Source of the DNA: a virus
Direction: 5' to 3' (one strand)
Length of the DNA stretch: 64,000 nt
Virus record (IMG/VR): IMGVR_UViG_3300027794_000004
Made by a program: the position numbers and the translations under genes. The notes under the pieces were generated by a model that searched no databases, had not been told where the DNA came from, and saw only the letters and a program-made list of their open reading frames with translations. Shown one piece after another: positions 57,867 to 64,000 of this stretch; positions within the stretch are counted from its first letter, which is position 1; each line of letters begins with the position of its first letter.

Positions 57867-58721
57867 CCGTTTGCGGCTTTGCGATGGCAGGGCATTTAAT
57901 AACTAAAAGATGAAAATTAAGATATGCAGTCAAATTTATTTACCGAAGCTGAAATAACAACCGTCAGCCCTGCTATTGCAAAACCGTTTGTTAGCCGCAG
58001 TACATTCTATCAGGGTGATTGCCTTATGGAAATGGATAATATTGCTGATGGAAGTGTTGATATGATTTTATGTGATTTGCCTTATGGTGTTACAAATTGC
58101 AATTGGGATATTACATTGGCACTGCCTGAATTATGGAAACAATACCAAAGGATAATTAAAAATAATGGTGCAATAATTTTACACGCAACTAATCCGTTTG
58201 CAGCTACTTTAGTAGCAAGTAATTATTATTGGTATAAGTATGATTTAATTTGGGATAAGGTAATGACAAGTTCACCATCATTAGCCAAAAAACAACCGTT
58301 AAGAAGCCACGAATTAATCTTAGTTTTTTACAACAAGCAACCGACTTACAATCCGCAATTTCGGGAAGATGAAGTAAAGAAACCTTTTGGGAAAATAGTA
58401 GGTACAGGTTCAAGTGTTTCTGGTTACGCTGGTGGCATTGAGTGTGAAAGAGGTGTTGGTTATCCGAAAAGTATAATTAAAGAGCCAAGGCAAAACAATC
58501 TAAATGGCGGCAATCTGCATCCATCACAAAAGCCTTTAAAATTAGCAGAATGGCTTGTCAAAACTTACACCAACGAAGGTGAAACTGTTTTAGATAATTG
58601 TATGGGTTCAGGAACGACTGGTGTCGCTTGTAAGAAAACAGGTCGCCACTTTATAGGAATAGAGAAAGACGAAAAGTATTTTGAAATTGCCGTTAGCAGG
58701 GTGTCTGCGTATTGCGGCTAA
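57867..58721 (+). mobile_element. Gene cassette F (hairpin 57861-57996)
   Basis: GTTAGCCGCAGTAC (57990) vs GTATTGCGGCTAAC (58709-22), 13/14. Confidence 0.85.
57924..58721 (+). CDS. N4-C/N6-A DNA methyltransferase (beta class), start in hairpin loop
   Basis: QGDCL, SVDMILCDLPYG, HPSQKP, VLDNCMGSGTTG, FIGIEKD. Confidence 0.92.
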   Translation: MQSNLFTEAEITTVSPAIAKPFVSRSTFYQGDCLMEMDNIADGSVDMILCDLPYGVTNCNWDITLALPELWKQYQRIIKNNGAIILHATNPFAATLVASNYYWYKYDLIWDKVMTSSPSLAKKQPLRSHELILVFYNKQPTYNPQFREDEVKKPFGKIVGTGSSVSGYAGGIECERGVGYPKSIIKEPRQNNLNGGNLHPSQKPLKLAEWLVKTYTNEGETVLDNCMGSGTTGVACKKTGRHFIGIEKDEKYFEIAVSRVSAYCG

Positions 58722-59233
58722 CGTTCCGATTATTGCCGCAGTGGCGGTTTAAAAGCACAAATGTTCAATTTTAAAACTAAAGTATATGAAAAGCACAAAT
58801 GCTCAACCAAGCACATCACCCGCCATTGTCGGCAATAATGTGTTACCTGCCGTTACTTCTCGTGAAGGCAGGATTGAAATAGTAAATCAAATCATTCAGG
58901 AAATTGCAAGCCGTAGCCGTAAGTTTTTCGCTGGCAAAGTTGGTGTTGCAGAAATATTCCAAAAGAATGGTAGGCTTTATATGAAAAACGAATACAACGG
59001 AACTGAAATGTTCTTAAACACCAAATTTGGCTACCCACCAAAAGGATGGCATCACGGAGGAACGCTTTGGGGTTTAACCAAAGATTTTAAAGACTTCATC
59101 ACCACTGGTGAAAAGTCAAACCATAATAACGGATACGGTGGTTTGTATTCTCCACATTGGGGATATTCCGAAGCCGATATGCTTGCAATTCAAGAAAAGG
59201 CTAAATCGTTGGGTTATCTGTAATGGCAGGTAA
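58722..59233 (+). mobile_element. Gene cassette G (hairpin 58716-58848)
   Basis: GTTACCTGCCGTTAC (58842) vs GTAATGGCAGGTAAC (59220-34), 14/15. Confidence 0.85.
58786..59223 (+). CDS. Cassette G hypothetical protein, start in hairpin loop
   Basis: GWHHGGTL...HWGY motifs; looks more GC-rich than flanks. Confidence 0.7.
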   Translation: MKSTNAQPSTSPAIVGNNVLPAVTSREGRIEIVNQIIQEIASRSRKFFAGKVGVAEIFQKNGRLYMKNEYNGTEMFLNTKFGYPPKGWHHGGTLWGLTKDFKDFITTGEKSNHNNGYGGLYSPHWGYSEADMLAIQEKAKSLGYL

Positions 59234-59372
59234 CGTTTCTCGGCTTTGCTTTGTTGCGGAAAAGTAAGCCTAAACTTTAGATTTAAAAACAAAATTAACA
59301 AATACAAACCGAACATCGAATTATGCCAGATACCGCAATAGAGCAAAACCGATGTTATAAGTAGCTTTTATT

Positions 59373-59609
59373 ATGGAACAAAGAAAACAATCAACATTAT
59401 TAGAACTATGTTATGAATACTCAGGCGATGATATTAATTTAGAAGAAAAAGATTGGAACGAAGCAAAACATTTGGTAAAAATATTTGATAATTACGCTTG
59501 TGATTTTGCGTATTGGTTATCAAATGATTGGTTGCTTGATGAAATGTGGAGTAAAATTACAGAACCAAAAGAATTATTAGAAATATTTAAAAAACAAAAA
59601 GGATTATGA
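59373..59609 (+). CDS. Cassette H ORF1
   Basis: YACDFAYWL...KELLEIFK. Confidence 0.65.
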   Translation: MEQRKQSTLLELCYEYSGDDINLEEKDWNEAKHLVKIFDNYACDFAYWLSNDWLLDEMWSKITEPKELLEIFKKQKGL

Positions 59610-59833
59610 GTATAAGTAGTAAGATTGCATTAGCAATGTCAGCAGATGGGGCTAGTTTTGAAGAAGTTCATAATAGCTTAGAAAAAATAACTAATGATTT
59701 TGCTATTGCCTTTGCGATATGGATTAGGAAAGAAACATATTATGAACATTTAACAAAAGAATTTATTTATAAACGTAATGTATATAAAAATGAAAAAGAA
59801 CTATTAGAAATCTTTATCCACGATGTTCTTTAA
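59606..59833 (+). CDS. Cassette H ORF2 (paralog of ORF1)
   Basis: DFAIAFAIWI...KELLEIF. Confidence 0.65.
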   Translation: MSISSKIALAMSADGASFEEVHNSLEKITNDFAIAFAIWIRKETYYEHLTKEFIYKRNVYKNEKELLEIFIHDVL

Positions 59834-59839
59834 AGTTAC

Positions 59840-59902
59840 TTATAACTACAATATAACATCATAAAAAATAATATTTTATTTTATAAACCCTTATAAACTA
59901 TG
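59840..59902 (+). other. Conserved non-palindromic array-terminal (attI-like) site T2
   Basis: TAAC-TACAATATAACATCATAAAAAATAATATTTTATTTTATAAACCCTTATAAACT-ATG; homologous to T1. Confidence 0.7.
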
Positions 59903-60127
59903 GAAATTTACAACGAAATACAAACGTTTACTTGCAACAAAGAAATGAAAGAATTTTTTAAGCAGATGAAACGAAACAAAGTAAATGTTTCAAAGTTTAT
60001 AAGGGATAGCGTTAAAAAAAATATGCCTGAAATAAAGCAAGACAAAAGAAAAAAGGCTACAATTAATGATTTAAACAAAAGTTTTAATATGTTTGAAAAT
60101 AATTTAAAACAATGGAACCAAAGCTAA
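59900..60127 (+). CDS. RHH-like small protein at array end (paralog of 45105-45314)
   Basis: IQTFTCN..MKEFFK...NVSKFIRDSV...QDKRKKATINDL.KSFN.FE. Confidence 0.65.
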   Translation: MEIYNEIQTFTCNKEMKEFFKQMKRNKVNVSKFIRDSVKKNMPEIKQDKRKKATINDLNKSFNMFENNLKQWNQS

Positions 60128-60561
60128 AAAAATGTAAAGATAAAGATTGTGAAAATGAATTTCAAGTTTTCAATTCTCTTCAAAAATATTGTTCTGCGAA
60201 ATGTTTAAACAAAAACAGAAAAGTTGATTTGAAGTTAAAGTCACCGAAACCAATAAAAAAAGTTTCAGACAAAAGAAAGATGGAAGATATAATTTATCGC
60301 TCAGAACGAATTAAATTTTTATCTTTACCTGAGAATCAAAAATGTCCTGTTACCGGAGAACAAACAAATCAGGTGCATCACAAAATGAAGCGCAGAGGTT
60401 ACGCTGATGAATGGGCAAAAGAGAACAAAGTTTCTTTGTATCTCGATAAACGATTTTGGCTAGCAGTTTCAGCATCAGGTCATCGTAAAATTGAATCAGA
60501 ACCTGAGTGGGCATACGAACAAGGATTTTCAATAAGAAGTAATCAAAAATTAGATAAATAA
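60112..60561 (+). CDS. NinG-like/HNH-type nuclease with N-terminal Zn finger
   Basis: KKCK..DC..F....QKYCSAKC; CPVTG...QVHHKMKR...WLAVS..GHRKI. Confidence 0.6.
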   Translation: MEPKLKKCKDKDCENEFQVFNSLQKYCSAKCLNKNRKVDLKLKSPKPIKKVSDKRKMEDIIYRSERIKFLSLPENQKCPVTGEQTNQVHHKMKRRGYADEWAKENKVSLYLDKRFWLAVSASGHRKIESEPEWAYEQGFSIRSNQKLDK

Positions 60562-61067
60562 TGAAATACTATTTAGGAATAGACCCAGGAAAGCAAGGTG
60601 CTTTTGTAATTATCGACGAAAATTCAAACGTAATTGAAAAAATAGGCACACCTTTAATTGGAAAAGATTACGATAAACAAGGAATAATTTCTATTTTAAA
60701 AAGTAGAGAGTTTCACAAAATTGGATTAGAGAATCCATCTGTAATTTTTGGAATTGGGAAAAGTGCTGTGGCATCGTTATCAAATTGTGTTGGATTGCTA
60801 GAAGGAATGATGCTTGGTTTAGAACTTCCATATATTTTAATTCAGCCTAAAGAGTGGCAAAAAGAATGTTGGAAACACGTAAAAGTTCAGAAAAAAACTG
60901 ATGGAAAAACGAATGACACAAAAGCTACTTCAATCATTGCTGCTGTAAATCTTTGGTCAAAAGAAGATTTTAAAGTTACAAACAAAGGAGGTAAATCAGT
61001 AAATCACAACGAAGGAATGGTTGATGCTGTATTGATTGCCGAATACACAAGAAGACTTTTTAAGTAA
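60561..61067 (+). CDS. RuvC-like Holliday junction resolvase
   Basis: YLGIDPGKQGA, IGLE, IQPKEWQK, GMVDAVLIAEY. Confidence 0.85.
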   Translation: MKYYLGIDPGKQGAFVIIDENSNVIEKIGTPLIGKDYDKQGIISILKSREFHKIGLENPSVIFGIGKSAVASLSNCVGLLEGMMLGLELPYILIQPKEWQKECWKHVKVQKKTDGKTNDTKATSIIAAVNLWSKEDFKVTNKGGKSVNHNEGMVDAVLIAEYTRRLFK

Positions 61068-61161
61068 AATCCATGAAAAAAATACCATACTACAAATACG
61101 CATACGGTAAATTTTACATTGCCGGATATATTTACGAAAATTAACTTAAATTAAATAAATT

Positions 61162-61359
61162 ATGAAACTAAAAAGAAAAGTATTTAAAATAATAGCTTGG
61201 TTAAAGTGGTTTTTTAGAAATGAATACTACAGAGATTCCAGAATAGCTTTAATTGAATACAAAAGTCAAAAATTAATAAATTATTTTGTAAACGAAATTG
61301 AAGTAAAAGACCCTGTATTGGTCTTAACTAACGGAAATGAAAAAGCCCTATTAATTTAG
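61162..61359 (+). CDS. Hypothetical protein
   Basis: ORF track. Confidence 0.4.
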   Translation: MKLKRKVFKIIAWLKWFFRNEYYRDSRIALIEYKSQKLINYFVNEIEVKDPVLVLTNGNEKALLI

Positions 61360-61372
61360 GGCTTTTTTTTTT
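61340..61372. terminator. Bidirectional intrinsic terminator
   Basis: aaaaagcccta-ttaatt-tagggcttttttttt between convergent modules. Confidence 0.75.
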
Positions 61373-64000
61373 AATAATTTGGTGTTGGCGGTTTAGGTGG
61401 ACTCGGTAGTTTTGGTAATGAAAAACCTTCCGATGCAGCCTTTTTAAACTTTTCACCATCAGGGTCAGTTCCAACAGACATGCCTAAGATACCTAATGAA
61501 GTTAAAAACGCTTGATAAGTATCTGGGTCTTCTTTAGCAATCTCATAAACCGAACCATAGTAAATAGGAATAAACAAATCTAACATTTCTTTTTCTCCAT
61601 AAACATTTCCGTATTGGTCAACTCTATATTTTTTGCCATCAGCACCAATTTCTTCATGCGTATTTCCTAATCTCCACATATAACCTGCGGTTGGAGCAAA
61701 TTTATTGGTTACATATCTTGTCAAAAGTTCAGATGTTGTTGGTGTTCCAAAACCTTTACCTAAATCTTTAATTTCACCTGATTTTGTAGATTTAGTTTGT
61801 TGTAAAAATATTCTTGAATACATAACAAACAATCCGTTAAGACCATGCCACATATCAAAAGTAGTTTTACCTTTTCTTAATTTTCCAAAATCAGAACTTC
61901 TTGGGTCTGACTCTAATTTCCATTTATCTTCTTCATCGTCTGCTCCTGCATTAGCTATAACTAAGAAAGAAAGTTTAAAACCTGTGATTGCAATTACAGA
62001 AGTCATAAATGATTTTACAGCCATTTTCTGAGCAACCGTAGGTCTAATATTTTTCAAATCTTTACCTGATTGAATTTCTTTAAACTGTCTTGCATCGCCT
62101 AAAGTAACTAAGTAGTAAAATGGATTAAGTTGTTGAAATTGAGAATACGCATTTCTTAAAGAGAAAAATATTAAAGCAGCATCCTTACTTATAAATTCTG
62201 CTTTACCCAAACTTGCTCTTCCTGAAAAAACATTAATGTAATTTGCAACTTTTTTATAGTCTTCAATATCATTAATCGGGTCTTTTAAATCCTTTTGTAG
62301 TTCTCTTACTCCTTGTTCAAACTTAACCATTTTTATATAATTGGAATAAGTAACGGCTGCTCTTTCAAACATTTTCCAAAAACTAGCTTCTTTAAATTGA
62401 GTTCCAAGTGTTTTTTTGTCAGATTCTGTTAATTCTTTACCGAATGCTTTTTTAAACAATCCTGTTAAAGTAAGAATTTCTGTTTCACCTGTAATTCTAT
62501 CTAATTTATCACCAATTATATTCCAAATATCAGTAACCATATCTAATTGATAATTCTCTTCTTGAGCATCTAATTTATGATCGGTTCCAGTTAATGATAA
62601 TTTAGTTTTTTGCATTAATGGGTATAAAGGACTTGCTTTCATTTCATCCTCATATCTTTTAGCGGTATCAGGTGAAGCAAAAGCTTTTCCTAATCTTGCC
62701 ATAGCTGTAAAAAATGCTTTAGGATTTGTTACAAGCATCTGAGGTGTTAAAAATCCTTGCTGAACCAAAACTTGCGAAAACTCTCCACCTGCTTTTAAAA
62801 CACGAGTGATTCCAACAAAATCCACGAATGTAGAAACAAATTTTCTAAAAGGACTTCTGTTTTTTAATTCATCAATATACTTCTCTTTTTCATAAATAGC
62901 TTTTTGCTCTTGAAGTTTTGATTCAATTTCTAATAATTCAGCATCTACAGGTAATGGTTTTTGCTCTCTTTTAGAAAAATCTCTATTTTCAATTTTACTT
63001 TTTAACTCCTCAATTCTTCTAATACGACTTCTTTTAGCTAAATCTAAACGTTTCTTTTCTGCTAAACCTGATTCTTTACGCATTTTTTCAATCTCTGCGT
63101 ATAACTCTTCTCTTTGTTTTTTTAATGCTTCAAGTTTTGCTGAAGTTACAGGAGTAGGTCTTGTTTTGTAAGCAATATTTCCATCAACAATGTTTTTTTG
63201 TAGTTCATCAATTTTTTTCTGAACTAAAATCATTGCTTTTTCTATTTTTTGCTCTTCAGTTAATTCAGGTTTACCTACTAATTCATCTAAAATTTCACGT
63301 TTCTTATCGCGTAATTCTTTTAAGCCTTTAACTTCTTCATCGTATTCGATTTGCTTTTTCTCAGATTTACGTTTTTCACCTTTAGCTATTTGTTCATCTA
63401 AATCTTGAATTTCATTTTGTAAGCGAGATTTTATTGTATCTAATGCGGTTTTCCAAGCTTTTGATACATCAGCATCATCCATTGGTAAATCTCTTAGCAA
63501 TTCTCTTAATTTGCGTTTCTGCTCTCTTTCTTCTAAAGTAAATGGTCTTCTTTGTAAACCACTTCTTAAAGGTCTTTTTCCTGTTAATGCATCTTCAATT
63601 CCAGAAAGTAGTTTACCAAGACTTTTCATTTGACTGATTTGAATTTCAATTTCGTCTTTAGTTTGGTTTACTATTTTTCCATATTGAGTAATAGCATCAC
63701 GAACATCACGTTTAGTTAGCTCTTCGTCAGGGTACATTTCTGAAACTTCATCGTAAATAGCATCAACTAAGTCTTCGATATTATCAATTCCTTGTTCTAC
63801 TTTTTCTCTAATTAATGAATGTGGAATTTTTAATCTTCCTTCACCATCAATTTTAATATTTTCAGAAGCGCCTTCTTCTACATCGAATACGTTTAAAAAT
63901 TGTTGTACCGCTTCTGCTTGTTCATCAGTACTTAATTTACTATTACGAATAGTTTCAAGTCCTTTTTGAATTGCATCAACAATACTTCCTGTAACTTCCA
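61371..64000 (-). CDS. C-terminal part of a very large virion (ejected/polyvalent-like) protein; frame appears open past the right edge
   Basis: Track starts at an internal Met (63737) but the frame continues upstream; long coiled coil then ESDPRSSDFGKL and hydrophobic segments. Confidence 0.65.
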   Translation of the reverse strand, partial: EVTGSIVDAIQKGLETIRNSKLSTDEQAEAVQQFLNVFDVEEGASENIKIDGEGRLKIPHSLIREKVEQGIDNIEDLVDAIYDEVSEMYPDEELTKRDVRDAITQYGKIVNQTKDEIEIQISQMKSLGKLLSGIEDALTGKRPLRSGLQRRPFTLEEREQKRKLRELLRDLPMDDADVSKAWKTALDTIKSRLQNEIQDLDEQIAKGEKRKSEKKQIEYDEEVKGLKELRDKKREILDELVGKPELTEEQKIEKAMILVQKKIDELQKNIVDGNIAYKTRPTPVTSAKLEALKKQREELYAEIEKMRKESGLAEKKRLDLAKRSRIRRIEELKSKIENRDFSKREQKPLPVDAELLEIESKLQEQKAIYEKEKYIDELKNRSPFRKFVSTFVDFVGITRVLKAGGEFSQVLVQQGFLTPQMLVTNPKAFFTAMARLGKAFASPDTAKRYEDEMKASPLYPLMQKTKLSLTGTDHKLDAQEENYQLDMVTDIWNIIGDKLDRITGETEILTLTGLFKKAFGKELTESDKKTLGTQFKEASFWKMFERAAVTYSNYIKMVKFEQGVRELQKDLKDPINDIEDYKKVANYINVFSGRASLGKAEFISKDAALIFFSLRNAYSQFQQLNPFYYLVTLGDARQFKEIQSGKDLKNIRPTVAQKMAVKSFMTSVIAITGFKLSFLVIANAGADDEEDKWKLESDPRSSDFGKLRKGKTTFDMWHGLNGLFVMYSRIFLQQTKSTKSGEIKDLGKGFGTPTTSELLTRYVTNKFAPTAGYMWRLGNTHEEIGADGKKYRVDQYGNVYGEKEMLDLFIPIYYGSVYEIAKEDPDTYQAFLTSLGILGMSVGTDPDGEKFKKAASEGFSLPKLPSPPKPPTPNY

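Larger units (their letters stand above)
59234..59845 (+). mobile_element. Gene cassette H (hairpin 59228-59360), two ORFs
   Basis: GTTATAAGTAGCTTT (59354) vs AAAGTTACTTATAAC (59832-46), 14/15. Confidence 0.85.

Noticed and set aside
54694..59846. CRISPR array, REP/MITE elements or plain terminators as an explanation for the repeated hairpins
   Set aside because: Stems differ in sequence, spacers are whole genes, there are no U-tails or target duplications, and the cassette-specific end complementarity is not explained by these
650..62031. Many short antisense ORFs in the track (e.g. 650-976, 4169-4498, 10572-10820, 20880-21188, 45794-46177, 52782-53228, 61705-62031)
   Set aside because: They are shadows of longer genes on the opposite strand with no recognisable motifs
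1..64000. Stop-codon reassignment as in some crAss-like phages
   Set aside because: Long genes are intact in the standard code and TAA, TAG and TGA all end genes
1..64000. tRNA or rRNA genes
   Set aside because: No cloverleaf with T-loop/D-loop consensus recognised by eye; tRNAscan-SE would be needed to exclude them

Overview
An AT-rich tailed dsDNA phage of a Bacteroidota (Flavobacterium-like) host, in the standard genetic code, with many TAnnTTTG host-type promoters. Both window ends lie inside minus-strand virion genes, so the window probably covers most of a circularly permuted genome. Layout: 1-27.8 kb (-) podovirus/crAss-like virion module (ejection proteins, large tail protein, ring proteins, capsid, scaffold, portal, terminase), lysis genes and tail fibres; 28-30 kb phage GroEL/GroES and HU; a 1.4 kb non-coding strand switch (33.4-34.85 kb); small early genes; a tyrosine recombinase; recombination and lambda-O-like replication genes; four NUMOD4/HNH endonucleases; a resolvase. 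Main observation: an integron-like gene-cassette system inside the phage. There are 8 cassettes at 54.7-59.85 kb (+), 2 at 45.37-46.42 kb (-) and one solo at 36.4-36.9 kb. Each has a conserved non-canonical attC-like hairpin (TAAC-N5-stem-C.A mismatch-stem-loop-T-GTTA) upstream of its gene, often supplying the start codon, and a cassette-specific 14-15 bp inverted repeat that pairs only if the cassette is circularised. Both arrays end in the same 54-nt non-palindromic attI-like site followed by paralogous RHH-like genes; one is followed by the recombinase. Three cassettes carry DNA methyltransferases. Also seen: a family of covarying kissing-loop leader RNAs in front of HNH genes, and a dispersed 13-bp palindromic operator in the early region. 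All functional calls come from motif recognition only; no database search was run.
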